Below, in pieces: positions 40,870 through 52,533 of a stretch of 64,000 nucleotides of DNA. This DNA is from a bacterium. GTDB taxonomy: Bacteria > Bacteroidota > Bacteroidia > Bacteroidales > WCHB1-69. The translations under genes were made by a program, and so were the position numbers. The notes below the pieces were generated by a model, which searched no databases, was not told where the DNA came from, and saw only the letters and a program-made list of their open reading frames with translations. The first letter of the stretch is position 1; every line of letters begins with the position of its first letter. The stretch is taken from the NCBI GenBank assembly GCA_963643165.1, contig CAVIJD010000002.1, forward strand, positions 35,234 through 99,233. The letters run 5' to 3'.

Positions 40870-41191
40870 TGTATCAGTTTTTGTTTGTTTTTTTCTGTTG
40901 AATCTTGTCTGCCGTCGGCAGAATGCTGATTTTATTGCAAAATATGTGCCAAATTGTCGGCATGAGGCGGCTCCCGTCTGCTCGAGCAGCCTGCTTGTAC
41001 AAATTTATATTATGGCCCGCATCTGCACTGGACGGTGGAAGCGGCGGACCGGGCGACTGACAATTTGTCATATTCGCATTTTGTCTCTTTTTTGGCACAA
41101 TTGTTGTTTTGTTGGAGTTGTCTGCGTTCAGGCAATGAAAGCAGACGGGACAATAAACAACGAGTAATAACAAAAAAAAATAACAAACATC

Positions 41192-43120
41192 ATGGGAAAA
41201 ATTATTGGAATAGACTTAGGAACTACGAACTCTTGCGTAGCAGTAATGGAAGGCAGTGAGCCGGTAGTGATCCCCAACAGCGAAGGCAGAAGGACAACCC
41301 CCTCTATCGTGGCTTTTGTGGGCAACAATGAACGTAAGGTCGGCGACCCTGCAAAACGTCAGGCCATCACCAACCCCACCAAGACCATCTTCTCAATCAA
41401 GAGATTCATGGGCGAAACCTACGACCGGGTGACAAGAGAAATAGAACGCGTGCCCTACACGGTTGAAAGGGCATCCAACAATATGCCGAAAGTCAAGATC
41501 GACGACCGCTCCTATACGGCTCAGGAGATTTCGGCAATGGTTCTTCAAAAGATGAAGAAGACCGCCGAGGACTATCTCGGCCAGGAGGTTACCGAGGCTG
41601 TCATCACGGTGCCGGCATACTTCAGCGACTCGCAACGTCAGGCCACTAAGGAGGCCGGCGAAATCGCAGGCCTTACCGTGAAACGTATTATCAATGAACC
41701 GACGGCTGCCGCTTTGGCATACGGCCTCGACAAGAAGAAAGCCGACTCTAAGGTGGCCGTCTTCGACTTGGGCGGCGGCACGTTCGATATCTCAATCCTT
41801 GAACTCGGCGACGGCGTCTTCGAGGTGAAGTCAACCAACGGCGACACCCACCTGGGCGGCGATGACTTCGACCACAAGATTATCGACTGGCTGGCCGAGG
41901 AGTTCATGAAAGACTATCATGTGGACTTGAGAAAGGATGCTATGGCACTGCAGCGTCTGAAAGAGGCCGCCGAGAAAGCCAAGATTGAACTTTCCAGCTC
42001 CAACTCTACGGAAATCAACTTGCCGTATATCATGCCTATCGACGGTGTGCCTCAACACCTGGTGCGCACACTCACCCGTTCGCAGTTCGAGCAGCTGTGC
42101 GACGACCTGATCCGCGCCACTATCGAGCCTTGCAAGAAAGCGCTTGCCGACGCAGGCTATACGACCAGCGACATTGACGAGGTTATCCTCGTGGGCGGCT
42201 CTACCCGTATCCCGGCTATCCAACAGATTGTGGAGAAGTTCTTCAACAAGACCCCGTCTAAGGGCGTCAATCCGGACGAGGTGGTGGCCATCGGCGCGGC
42301 TATCCAAGGCGGCGTGCTCAGCGGCGATGTGAAAGACATTCTGCTGCTTGACGTTACCCCGCTGTCATTGGGCCTCGAAACACTGGGCGGCGTGATGACC
42401 AAACTAATTGAGTCTAACACGACCATCCCGACCAAGAAGACCGAGACATTCACAACGGCAGTCGATAACCAGACCTCCGTGGAGATCCACGTGCTGCAAG
42501 GCGAGCGTCCTATGGCTGCCCAGAACAAGAGCATCGGCCGCTTCCACCTCGACGGCATCCCCGCAGCACAACGCGGCATCCCGCAAATTGAGGTCACGTT
42601 CGACATCGACTCTAACGGCATCCTCAACGTCACCGCACGCGACAAAGCCTCCGGCAAAGAGCAGAAGATCAGAATCGAAGCCTCTTCCGGCTTGAGCGAT
42701 GACGAAATCAAACGGATGAAAGCTGAAGCTGAGGCCAATGCCGACGCCGACAAGAAGGCCAAAGAGGAAATCGACAAACTGAATGCCGCCGACTCGCTGG
42801 TGTTCAATACCGAAAAGCAACTCAAGGAGTTCGGCGACAAGGTGCCGGCTGCCGACAGAAGCAAGATCGAGGCCGCCGCTGCCAAACTGAAGACCGCTCA
42901 CGACAACAAGGATTTTGCCGGCATCGACGCAGCCACAACAGAACTGCAGAACGCTTGGCAGGCCGCCTCTGCCCAGATGTACCAGCAGAACGGCGCAACC
43001 CCCGGCCCTAATGCCGGTGCGCAGGGCAACTGCGCAGGCGGCAACTGCGGCAATGCCAACGCCAACGCCAATTCCGGCGACGGCGAAGTGCAAGACGTCG
43101 ATTTCGAAGAAGTGAAATAG
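41192..43120 (+). CDS. dnaK: Molecular chaperone DnaK (Hsp70)
   Basis: [21 protein letters not shown]...[14 protein letters not shown]...[14 protein letters not shown]...[11 protein letters not shown]. Confidence 0.99.
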   Translation: MGKIIGIDLGTTNSCVAVMEGSEPVVIPNSEGRRTTPSIVAFVGNNERKVGDPAKRQAITNPTKTIFSIKRFMGETYDRVTREIERVPYTVERASNNMPKVKIDDRSYTAQEISAMVLQKMKKTAEDYLGQEVTEAVITVPAYFSDSQRQATKEAGEIAGLTVKRIINEPTAAALAYGLDKKKADSKVAVFDLGGGTFDISILELGDGVFEVKSTNGDTHLGGDDFDHKIIDWLAEEFMKDYHVDLRKDAMALQRLKEAAEKAKIELSSSNSTEINLPYIMPIDGVPQHLVRTLTRSQFEQLCDDLIRATIEPCKKALADAGYTTSDIDEVILVGGSTRIPAIQQIVEKFFNKTPSKGVNPDEVVAIGAAIQGGVLSGDVKDILLLDVTPLSLGLETLGGVMTKLIESNTTIPTKKTETFTTAVDNQTSVEIHVLQGERPMAAQNKSIGRFHLDGIPAAQRGIPQIEVTFDIDSNGILNVTARDKASGKEQKIRIEASSGLSDDEIKRMKAEAEANADADKKAKEEIDKLNAADSLVFNTEKQLKEFGDKVPAADRSKIEAAAAKLKTAHDNKDFAGIDAATTELQNAWQAASAQMYQQNGATPGPNAGAQGNCAGGNCGNANANANSGDGEVQDVDFEEVK

Positions 43121-43155
43121 ACACTCCATAATAATTTAGTGCTGAATGATTAATG

Positions 43156-43191
43156 AAAAAGAGAGAACGGGCAACCGTCCTCTCTTTTTTT
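43156..43191 (+). terminator. Rho-independent terminator after dnaK
   Basis: Stem gagagaacgg/ccgtcctctc (9 of 10 bp), loop gcaa, followed by T7. Confidence 0.75.
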
Positions 43192-43246
43192 GATTGAAAT
43201 TGCCCAATATGCCGCCGCAGGCGGGCATAATATCCCCACAATCTGC

Positions 43247-43254
43247 TATCTTTG
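43247..43254 (+). promoter_or_regulatory. -7 promoter box TATCTTTG for the SDR gene
   Basis: gcTATCTTTGcgcc, 12 nt upstream of ATG 43267. The track ORF start (43252) lies inside the box. Confidence 0.5.
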
Positions 43255-43266
43255 CGCCGTCTAATT

Positions 43267-44058
43267 ATGAGTATGATGAATGAAGAGAGACCCTATGCAC
43301 TGGTTACCGGCGCAAGTTCCGGCATCGGTTACCAATACGCCCGCCTGCTGGCACAGAAAGGATACAACCTTTTGATTGTCAGCAATGAGGCTGATGCCAT
43401 CGCCCAAAAACAACAGCAACTGGCACAAGATTACCCCGTGCGGGTCATGGCTCTTTGCTGCGACCTGGGCACCGCCGGGGCTGCCCAAGAACTGTACGGC
43501 TGGTGCCGCGAACACCAACTCGTGGTAGAGGTGCTTGTCAACAATGCCGGCGTCTATCACGACCGCGACTTCCTTGCTGAGACCTCCTCCTTCAACGAGA
43601 TGATGGTCAACCTGCATGTGCTGACCCCAGCGATGCTGGCCTACTTTTTCGCCCAAGATATGGTGGAAAGACACAAGGGTTATATCCTGAATATGAGTTC
43701 TGTGACCTCTGAAATTGCCGTGCAGAGACTGGCACTATACAGCGCCACAAAATGCTTTCTCAAGAATTTTTCACGCAGCCTCCATATCGAAGTTTACCAT
43801 AAAGGGGTCTATGTCACGGCAGTGCGCCCCGGCGCGGTGGACACGGGCCTGTACTCGCTCGGCCGCAAGTCCACAAAAGCCGGACTGGTGTTGGGCTACA
43901 TCGTCACCCCCGAAAAACTGGCCCGCAAAGGACTGCGTGCCCTCTTCCGGGGCAAGGCTCAGGCTACCCCCGGCATCCTTAACCATGCCTTGATCTTCCT
44001 GGTGTCGCTCCTGCCGACGGGCCTGTTGAGGCTCATTCGCCGACTCGACCTTTTTTAA
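43267..44058 (+). CDS. Short-chain dehydrogenase/reductase (SDR) family oxidoreductase
   Basis: ALVTGASSGIGYQYARLLAQKGYNLLIVS (TGxxxGIG)...NNAG...SSV...YSATKCF (YxxxK). Confidence 0.9.
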   Translation: MSMMNEERPYALVTGASSGIGYQYARLLAQKGYNLLIVSNEADAIAQKQQQLAQDYPVRVMALCCDLGTAGAAQELYGWCREHQLVVEVLVNNAGVYHDRDFLAETSSFNEMMVNLHVLTPAMLAYFFAQDMVERHKGYILNMSSVTSEIAVQRLALYSATKCFLKNFSRSLHIEVYHKGVYVTAVRPGAVDTGLYSLGRKSTKAGLVLGYIVTPEKLARKGLRALFRGKAQATPGILNHALIFLVSLLPTGLLRLIRRLDLF

Positions 44059-44113
44059 CGTTTTTTTTCAATTAAGGCTCGGAGGGACAAGGACAAGATG
44101 TGCCGCAATTTTT

Positions 44114-44121
44114 TATCTTTG
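44114..44121 (+). promoter_or_regulatory. -7 promoter box TATCTTTGcacg for eno
   Basis: 30 nt upstream of ATG 44152. Confidence 0.55.
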
Positions 44122-44130
44122 CACGTTTAA

Positions 44131-45441
<1,311 letters not shown>

Positions 45442-45490
45442 TATCCCCACCCGCAACGCCGTTATCAACAAGTTAAAATTAAAATCGATT

Positions 45491-46174
45491 ATGGAACCTG
45501 TTAAAATTTTGTTCGCAGAAGACGATGTCAACCTTGGCAAGGTGCTCACAACCTACCTCACAGGAAAGGGCTTTGAAGTGATGCACGCAAACAATGGCGA
45601 AATCGCGTACGAGAAGTTCTGTACCAACACTTTCGACATCTGTGTCATTGATGTGATGATGCCCCTGATGGACGGCTTTACGTTGGCACAGGAGATCCGG
45701 AAACGCGACAAGAAAATTCCGATTATCTTCTTGACGGCTAAGAATCTGCAGGAAGACATGATCAAGGGCTTGTCGATAGGCGGTGATGACTACATTACCA
45801 AACCGTTTTCAATAGATGTGCTGCTGGCACGCATCCAGGCACTGCTCCGCCGTACGGCAAACCAAGAACCCGATGACGAGGTTGTGAAAATGGGCAGCAG
45901 TATCACGTTCGACAAAAAACGGCAGATTCTGACGATCGACGGCGAGGAGAAGAAAATCACGACCCGCGAGGCTGAACTTCTCCAGATGCTGCTCGACAAC
46001 AAGAACGATGTGCTTGAACGCGGCTATGCACTGAAAAAGATCTGGGGCGACGACAGCTACTATAATGCCCGGAATATGGATGTGTATATCACTAAATTGC
46101 GCAAGTATCTGAAAAGCGACCCCGAAGTGCAGATTATCAATGTTCACGGCATAGGCTTCAAATTGGTGATGTAG
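45491..46174 (+). CDS. OmpR/PhoB-type response regulator (receiver + winged-helix)
   Basis: KILFAEDDVNLGKVL...DICVIDVMMPLMDGF...IIFLTAK...DDYITKPF, plus a C-terminal Trans_reg_C (...LTTREAELLQML...DVYITKLRKYL...IINVHGIGFKL). Confidence 0.92.
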   Translation: MEPVKILFAEDDVNLGKVLTTYLTGKGFEVMHANNGEIAYEKFCTNTFDICVIDVMMPLMDGFTLAQEIRKRDKKIPIIFLTAKNLQEDMIKGLSIGGDDYITKPFSIDVLLARIQALLRRTANQEPDDEVVKMGSSITFDKKRQILTIDGEEKKITTREAELLQMLLDNKNDVLERGYALKKIWGDDSYYNARNMDVYITKLRKYLKSDPEVQIINVHGIGFKLVM

Positions 46175-46176
46175 CC

Positions 46177-47721
46177 CTAACGCGCATTTTTGAAGGGGAG
46201 GTAAACCATAAAGGTGCTCCCTTTCCCTTCTTCACTTTGAACTTCAATATGGCCATGGTGCAGGGAAACGATCTTCTTGACGTACCCTAATCCAAGGCCA
46301 TATCCCTTTACGTCGTGTACGTTGCCCTTGGGCACACGGTAAAAGTTGTCGAAGATGCTGGCAATGGCTTTCTTGGGTATGCCGATGCCTTTGTCTGTCA
46401 CCGAAACCATGAAGTATTTCTTGTCCGATTGGGTGTTGATGAGTATCTCCGGCTTGTCGTTAGAGTACTTGATGCCGTTTTCCACTAAGTTGATGATGAC
46501 ATTCTCAAGATGGCTGCGGTCGCCGAACAGTTTGTACTCGTCGGCATTGAGCGCCAGGTTCAGCATGCCGTTGGCGGAGGTTATCTGCAAGGCGATGCTG
46601 TCGGCTACCTTGTGGATGATTTCGTGCATGTCGAGCAATTCCAAGTTCATCTTGACCTGCCCCTTTTTCAGTTGTGCAATCTGCAAGATGTTGGTTACCA
46701 TGTTTTTCAGCCTGTCGTTCTCGTCGCGGATGATGTTGATGTAGGTTTCCCGCATGACGGCGTCGTTGTGAAGGCTCGGGTCCGACAAGGCCTCGCAGGA
46801 GAGCGAGATGGTGGAGATCGGCGTCTTGAACTCGTGCGTCATGTTGTTGATGAACTCGTTGGTGACTTCCGACAGTTTTTTCTGCCGGTACAGGGCATAC
46901 AAGGAGACTATAGTGACTGTGAAGGTGACGATGAGCAGGCAGATGATGAGCCCTACAATGGTGCCCATGCGCTGCAGGAAGATGCCGCGCTCGGCGGGGA
47001 AGTAGAGGATGAGGTAGTTGGGCGAGGTTATCTTGTCGTTGTACTTGAGCCGGAACACATACTCGCTGTGCAGCATGGTTTCGATGCCGGTGAAACGCGG
47101 CAGTACGACAAAGTCGGTGGTGAATGCGTTGTAGATGGCAAAGTCGAAACGTGCGTTGATGTTCTCTTCCAGCAAGCAGGATTGGATGATCTTTTCCAGT
47201 CCGCAGTTCTCGAGCAACTCGGCCGTGGAACTGTCCATCTGCACGAGGTTGGCGTCCAGGTTGGAGAGCAGTTGGTTGGCCCCGCTCTTGGCATCTTTGA
47301 TGGACCAGGGATCGTTGTTGACCGGGAATAAGTCGCGGTAGGCTTTGCTGAAAAACTCAGTGTCGTTGGCCACGACTCTAGAGTTGTTCTCTTTCAGGAA
47401 AGTGATGGTTTGGATGATGCCGATGGGCTGATATTCAACGCTGTCGAGCAGAAAGCGGCGCGACCGCTGCACGGAAACGACTGCCGTGGTGTCTGGCAAG
47501 GGGCTGTTGATGGTGTCAATGTTCGCCAACGCCGCCGTGTCGTTCTTGATGATGGCATCGATTTTCTCAACAGTCTCGTCGCCGGCGGTCAGCACTTCGT
47601 TCACGAAGATGCTCCGCTGCACCTTCTCGGCCTCTGTGTAGAGTTTGAAGATGGAGAGCACTAACAGAATGGAGGTGATGCCGATTACGAAGAACAGGGA
47701 GATGATGATGCGCTTTTTCAT
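46177..47721 (-). CDS. Sensor histidine kinase (2 TM + periplasmic domain, HisKA, HATPase_c)
   Basis: H-box FINNMTHEFKTPIS, N-box VENGIKYS, G-boxes DKGIGIP and GYGLGLGYV. Convergent with the response regulator (the stops are 2 nt apart). ATGA overlap with the malic enzyme stop. Confidence 0.92.
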   Translation of the reverse strand: MKKRIIISLFFVIGITSILLVLSIFKLYTEAEKVQRSIFVNEVLTAGDETVEKIDAIIKNDTAALANIDTINSPLPDTTAVVSVQRSRRFLLDSVEYQPIGIIQTITFLKENNSRVVANDTEFFSKAYRDLFPVNNDPWSIKDAKSGANQLLSNLDANLVQMDSSTAELLENCGLEKIIQSCLLEENINARFDFAIYNAFTTDFVVLPRFTGIETMLHSEYVFRLKYNDKITSPNYLILYFPAERGIFLQRMGTIVGLIICLLIVTFTVTIVSLYALYRQKKLSEVTNEFINNMTHEFKTPISTISLSCEALSDPSLHNDAVMRETYINIIRDENDRLKNMVTNILQIAQLKKGQVKMNLELLDMHEIIHKVADSIALQITSANGMLNLALNADEYKLFGDRSHLENVIINLVENGIKYSNDKPEILINTQSDKKYFMVSVTDKGIGIPKKAIASIFDNFYRVPKGNVHDVKGYGLGLGYVKKIVSLHHGHIEVQSEEGKGSTFMVYLPFKNAR

Positions 47722-49166
47722 AATTCTTGGCAGACCTGTTGGACGATTTCGCGGATCTTCTCTTCCGGGAAGCGGCGGATGACGCCGTTTTCTTCAAAAT
47801 GTTTGACGATGGCGTGCGCCTCTTCAATGTCTTGCTTGGCTATGGCATAAACCTCGTCGGCGGTGCGCTGCTTGCGTGCCACGCCGTCCCGGATGGCTTG
47901 CATGGCCACGTCGGAGGCCACATGCGGGAAGAGGTCGCTGTCCATCATGGTCGGCATGATGCGGTCGGCGGAGATGCCTCTCTTTTCGGCAAATTCGGCG
48001 ATGGAGTGCGCCGCGCGGATGGCCATGCGGTCGGTGATCTTGCGTGAGGAGACCAACAATGTTCCTTTCAGGATGGAGGGGAAGCAGATGGAGTTGTTGA
48101 CCTGGTTGGGAAAGTCGCCGCGCCCTGTGGCCACGATGTACGCACCCGCCTCTTTGGCCTGGTACGGGTAGATCTCGGGCACGGGGTTGGCGCAGGTGAA
48201 GACGATGGACTTCTCGGCCATCAAGGATATCCACTCCGGCTTGATGGTGTCAGGCCCCGGTTTGGAGAGGGCGATGAGCACGTCCGCGTCTTTGAAGGCC
48301 TCCTCTTGCGTCTCTATGCAATGCGGATTGGTGGTGCGGCACAACTCCCACTGGCGGTAGAAGCCGGCATTGTCACGGTAGTCGCTTCTGTTTTGGTGCA
48401 AGGTGCCGTTCACGTCGAACATGATGATGTTTTCAGGCTTTGCTCCGTCGGCAATCAGAAAGCGGGCGATGGTCGTGTTGGCGGCGCCGGCACCGTAGAG
48501 CACGATTTTTACGTTTGAGATGTGCTTGCCGGCCACTTTCAGGGCATTGACTATACCCGCGAGCGTCACACAGGCCGTGCCTTGCGCATCGTCGTGCCAA
48601 ACAGGGATGTCGCAGGCTTCACGCAAGGTGTCCAATACACGGTAACAGTTGGGCTGCGAGATGTCTTCGAGGTTGATGGCCCCGAAACTGTGCTGCACCA
48701 TTTTCACAAAGTCGATGAGTTTGTCGGCTTGGTGTGCCCCGCTTTCGTCACGGCTGTCTATGCAGAGCGGCACGGCATCCACCCCGCCGAGGTATTTCAT
48801 CAGCATGGCTTTCCCCTCCATGACACCCAGTCCGCCCGGCGGCGTGCAGTCGCCGTCACCCAATACCCGCGTGCTGTCACTCACTACGGCTACCAGATTC
48901 GAGCGGTTGCTCAAGTAAAACGACTGGTCGTTGCGGTCGCGCACCGTGGTGGATACCGCCGACACGCCCGGCGTGTACCAGACGTTGAACCAGTTGAAGC
49001 CGTAAATGGGGGCTTTGGGCAAGGTCTGCATTTTGCCACCGTAGAAGAGATGGGCTTCTAAGGCCATCTTCTTGTAGAAAAGGGTCTTGGCTTTTGCTTT
49101 CTGACTTTCGGAGAAGTCGGCGGGGAAAAGCGCTTCGATGTTGTCTAAACTGAGTATGTTGTCCAT
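47718..49166 (-). CDS. NAD(P)-dependent malic enzyme (oxaloacetate-decarboxylating malate dehydrogenase), short form without PTA domain
   Basis: ...VWYTPGVSAVSTTVRD...VAVVSDSTRVLGDGDCTPPGGLGVMEGKAMLMKYLGGVDAVPLCID...VLYGAGAANTTIARFL... Confidence 0.92.
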   Translation of the reverse strand: MDNILSLDNIEALFPADFSESQKAKAKTLFYKKMALEAHLFYGGKMQTLPKAPIYGFNWFNVWYTPGVSAVSTTVRDRNDQSFYLSNRSNLVAVVSDSTRVLGDGDCTPPGGLGVMEGKAMLMKYLGGVDAVPLCIDSRDESGAHQADKLIDFVKMVQHSFGAINLEDISQPNCYRVLDTLREACDIPVWHDDAQGTACVTLAGIVNALKVAGKHISNVKIVLYGAGAANTTIARFLIADGAKPENIIMFDVNGTLHQNRSDYRDNAGFYRQWELCRTTNPHCIETQEEAFKDADVLIALSKPGPDTIKPEWISLMAEKSIVFTCANPVPEIYPYQAKEAGAYIVATGRGDFPNQVNNSICFPSILKGTLLVSSRKITDRMAIRAAHSIAEFAEKRGISADRIMPTMMDSDLFPHVASDVAMQAIRDGVARKQRTADEVYAIAKQDIEEAHAIVKHFEENGVIRRFPEEKIREIVQQVCQEL

Positions 49167-49196
49167 TTTAGTCTTAACTATAGATGATTGATGATT

Positions 49197-50567
49197 TTAA
49201 AATGCCATCCAGCGGTCAAAGTCCTCGGGGCTCACCAGTTGGAGTTCGATGGCGGCCTCTCTCAATGTCAGGCCGTGCGCCAAGGCGTGCTGTGCGATTT
49301 TGGCGGAATTGTAGTACCCGATGTGCGGGTTCAGTTTCGTCACTAACATCAGCGAGTTCTGCAAATGCATGGTGATGCGTTCTATGTTAGGCTGTATGCC
49401 TTTGAGACAATGGTCGTTGAAAGAGTCTATGACGTCGCCGAGCAGTCGGGCCGACTGTAGCAGGTTGCGCCCGATGAGCGGCATGAACACGTTGAGTTGC
49501 AGATGTCCCTGCATGGCGCCGGTGCTGATGGCAACGTCGTTGCCGATAACTTGGCAGCATACCATGGAGAGCGCTTCGCATTGGGTGGGGTTCACCTTGC
49601 CGGGCATGATGGACGAGCCGGGCTCGTTGGCGGGCAATATCACTTCGCCTAAGCCGCAGCGCGGCCCGGAGTTGAGCAGCCTGAAGTCGTTGGCGACTTT
49701 CATCAGCGACAAGGCCAGACGCTTGAGCGCCCCCGACATCTCCGCCATGGAGTCGTGGGAGGCCATGGCCTCGAATTTGTTGGGCGCATTGGTGAAGTCC
49801 AACCCCGTGAATTTGCAGATGTATTGCAGGGCGAGGCGGTCGTAACCGTCGGGGGCGTTGATGCCGTTGCCGACGGCGGTGCCTCCGATGGGAAGCTCCA
49901 TCAGATGCGGCAGGCTGTGCCGTATGGCCGCAAGCCCGTGTGCCACCTGCGACTGGTGCCCCGACAACTCTTCGCCTAAGGTGAGCGGCGTGGCGTCCAT
50001 GAGGTGCGTGCGCCCGGTTTTCCGGATTCCTGAAAACTCCTCGATTTTTGCCGAGTAGGTCGCGATGAGCCGCTCTATGGCCGGTATGGTGTGCTCGAAC
50101 AACATCTTGGCGGCCGCAATGCGCATGCCCGTCGGGAAGATGTCGTTGGTGGACTGCGACTTGTTGACGTCATCGTTAGGCGAGAGATAGAGCGGCTTGT
50201 CTGAAAGGGCGCCGCCGTGCAGTTGCTGCCCACGGTGCGCAATCACCTCGTTGACGTTCATGTTGGTTTGGGTGCCCGAGCCGGTTTGCCAGATGTGCAG
50301 CGGAAACTGGTCGTCCCAACGGCCGGCCAGAATCTCGTCGCAAGCACGGACGATAAGGTCGCGCTTGTCGGCAGGCAACACGCCAAGGTCACAATTGGCG
50401 CAGGCCGCCGCTTTCTTGGCGGTGACGATGCCGTAGATGATCTCAACGGGCATCTTCTTCTTCCCGATTTTGAAATTCTCTTTGGCGCGCTGCGTCTGCG
50501 CCCCCCAGAGTTTGTCGTCTTCAACCTTTATTTCGCCAAGCGTGTCTTGTTCAATCCGATAGTCCAT
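49197..50567 (-). CDS. fumC: Class II fumarate hydratase
   Basis: MDYRIEQDTLGEIKVEDDKLWGAQTQRAKENF...WQTGSGTQTNMNVNEV...GSSIMPGKVNPTQCEA (fumarase-type signature rather than aspartase). Confidence 0.93.
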   Translation of the reverse strand: MDYRIEQDTLGEIKVEDDKLWGAQTQRAKENFKIGKKKMPVEIIYGIVTAKKAAACANCDLGVLPADKRDLIVRACDEILAGRWDDQFPLHIWQTGSGTQTNMNVNEVIAHRGQQLHGGALSDKPLYLSPNDDVNKSQSTNDIFPTGMRIAAAKMLFEHTIPAIERLIATYSAKIEEFSGIRKTGRTHLMDATPLTLGEELSGHQSQVAHGLAAIRHSLPHLMELPIGGTAVGNGINAPDGYDRLALQYICKFTGLDFTNAPNKFEAMASHDSMAEMSGALKRLALSLMKVANDFRLLNSGPRCGLGEVILPANEPGSSIMPGKVNPTQCEALSMVCCQVIGNDVAISTGAMQGHLQLNVFMPLIGRNLLQSARLLGDVIDSFNDHCLKGIQPNIERITMHLQNSLMLVTKLNPHIGYYNSAKIAQHALAHGLTLREAAIELQLVSPEDFDRWMAF

Positions 50568-50596
50568 AGTGTATAGTCAGTTTTTTTTGAAACGTG

Positions 50597-52501
50597 TTAA
50601 TCATAGAATTTCCAAACAATGCCCAACTGTAGATTCTGCCCTTGCATAGGGAAGGATGGCGTGGTCAGGTAGTTGTAACCGACAAATCCCGCCAGCAGGT
50701 TTCCGCCTCTGATGAAGAAGGAGATCCTTTCAATCTTGAAGGTGAGGTTCAGGTCGAAATAGACAAAATTGCCGGTTTGGGTTTCGGCTTGGCGGTAAAA
50801 CTGATGGATGATGGGATTGTATCCGTCGGCATAGTAACGGGTGTTGTACATCAAGTCGCCGCCGATTTCGATGTGCATCCGGTTTTTGAAGATGCGGAAA
50901 CGGCCCGCGGCCTTGAGTTTCCCCGCAAACAGCGGCACCGCGATGGCGGCATTCGTGGAGTGCTGCAGCGAGACGTTGGCCTCAATCGAGAAATGCTTGA
51001 AGTGCAGCGGAGCCAATAGGTTGAGTTGCAATACATTGACAATCTTGTCGCTGAGTGCGGGACGGAAATTGTCGTCCATGTAGAGGTATTGACCCATCAT
51101 AAAGTAATTGAAACTCGCCTTGCAGTCAAAGATGGTATAGAACGCGCTTAATTTCAGGTTGTTCTGCTTCTTCCAATGGTTTTCCCAATAGTTGTTGTTG
51201 CCAAGGTAGCAGGTGTAGAAATAGTCGGGTGCCACCCGGTAGAAGTCGGCTTCGAGGCCGATGTAGTGGCGGTGCTTGCGGTTGATGGCAAAGGTGGCGG
51301 CGGCATTGGCGATGGCGTCCAGATGGTTGTAGCCGAAAAAGGCGTATGAGATGCTGCCGTGGAGGTCCCAGAACTTGAAAAGCCGGATGCGGGTGCGCGC
51401 AAACAATGCCAAAGAGGTGCTGTAGAGACGGGGTTCGCGCGCGTTGACGAACTCCACCCGCGCACCGGCGGCGAAACGGAGAAAGTTGTTGCGGTCGCTG
51501 ACCCTCGCATAGGGCTCGTAGTTGGACCACTGCAAGGTGTTGATGACGTTGTAATACTGCAGCGTGTCGTGCGTGGTGTCTGTGTTGATGTAGTATTGGT
51601 TCTGGTAGAAGTCGTTGTTCAAGTTGTAGTCGTAAAAGACACTTTTGGCGTGTTTGAACTGAAATGTGTGCGTGAACGTGCCGAAATAGTGCTCTTTCTT
51701 GTCGCGGATGCTTACGTATTGTTGAAACAGCACGTCGTGCGTGTTGATGGTTGAGGAGGCTCGGTCAAACAGCACCTCAAAGCCGTTCAACTTGTTGATG
51801 ATGTTGGTGTCGCCCGCCCCGATGGCGGCAAAGTCGTATTGGTTTTTGAGGCCGCCGTTTTCTGAAAGCTTGCCGTGATTCAGAATGTAGGACAGCGAAA
51901 GGCCATACACTTTCTTCGGGGAGGTGTAGCGGAAGATGCCGTCCAACACCAGCATGTTCGATTCCTGATGGATGAAATAGCCGTTGTTGCCGTAGGCGAA
52001 CATGTCAACAACAAGGTTGCTGTTTTTGAACTTCTGCGTGTGCGTGGCGGTGAAATTGTGCTCCGACTCGAGCCCGTAGGTGTAGGCAAGCCTCGTGTAG
52101 GAGGTCTCGACATCGTAAAAATGCAAGTCCGACTGCTCTTTGAACAGGAGCGGATAGGGCAATCGTATCATGGTGAAGCCGGGCTCTTTCCAGTAGTCGA
52201 ATACCATGCTTTTGTGCGCCTGGGCGTTGATGCCTAAGGTCTGGTATATGTTCCGGGTGGAGAGCAATGGGTTGAAGTTGGCGTTGGCGAATGTGGTGGT
52301 GTCTATCAGCTGGTAGGTGACAGGATAGAAGAATGTGCCCGGCAGTTGCGTGCTATAGACGGGCATGTAGGCGGGCGATATGGCCATGGCCGAATCGATG
52401 GTGCGGTGCGTGGGACTGTTCTCCTGACCATGCAGCACGCCGGCGGCAAAAAGAAATGCCACAAGCAGGAATGTTATGTATGTTTTTGATCTGCAAACCA
52501 T
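50597..52501 (-). CDS. Large outer-membrane beta-barrel protein ('putative porin' type), hypothetical
   Basis: Signal peptide MVCRSKTYITFLLVAFLFAAGVLHGQ. 634 aa, Tyr/Asn/Phe-rich with alternating strands. C-terminal ...LQLGIVWKFYD. Confidence 0.65.
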   Translation of the reverse strand: MVCRSKTYITFLLVAFLFAAGVLHGQENSPTHRTIDSAMAISPAYMPVYSTQLPGTFFYPVTYQLIDTTTFANANFNPLLSTRNIYQTLGINAQAHKSMVFDYWKEPGFTMIRLPYPLLFKEQSDLHFYDVETSYTRLAYTYGLESEHNFTATHTQKFKNSNLVVDMFAYGNNGYFIHQESNMLVLDGIFRYTSPKKVYGLSLSYILNHGKLSENGGLKNQYDFAAIGAGDTNIINKLNGFEVLFDRASSTINTHDVLFQQYVSIRDKKEHYFGTFTHTFQFKHAKSVFYDYNLNNDFYQNQYYINTDTTHDTLQYYNVINTLQWSNYEPYARVSDRNNFLRFAAGARVEFVNAREPRLYSTSLALFARTRIRLFKFWDLHGSISYAFFGYNHLDAIANAAATFAINRKHRHYIGLEADFYRVAPDYFYTCYLGNNNYWENHWKKQNNLKLSAFYTIFDCKASFNYFMMGQYLYMDDNFRPALSDKIVNVLQLNLLAPLHFKHFSIEANVSLQHSTNAAIAVPLFAGKLKAAGRFRIFKNRMHIEIGGDLMYNTRYYADGYNPIIHQFYRQAETQTGNFVYFDLNLTFKIERISFFIRGGNLLAGFVGYNYLTTPSFPMQGQNLQLGIVWKFYD

Positions 52502-52533
52502 TAGAACAAGACTGCACTTTTTGTTGAAGCGTG

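Noticed and set aside
41093-41107. Sigma-54-like promoter TGGCAC-N5-TTGT about 85 nt upstream of dnaK.
   Set aside because: The -12 element lacks the conserved GC (TTGT instead of TTGC). No enhancer-binding protein gene is nearby, and sigma-54 control of dnaK has no precedent that I know of. It is more likely part of the caattg-type repeats noted in the findings.
42990-43100. Odd DnaK C-terminal tail ([20 protein letters not shown]) encoded by short tandem repeats (gccaac x3, ggcaactgcg x2).
   Set aside because: The Gly/Ala/Asn/Gln-rich linker before the conserved EEVK-type terminus is naturally variable in Hsp70s. The Cys residues are unusual, but there is no evidence of function or a frameshift.
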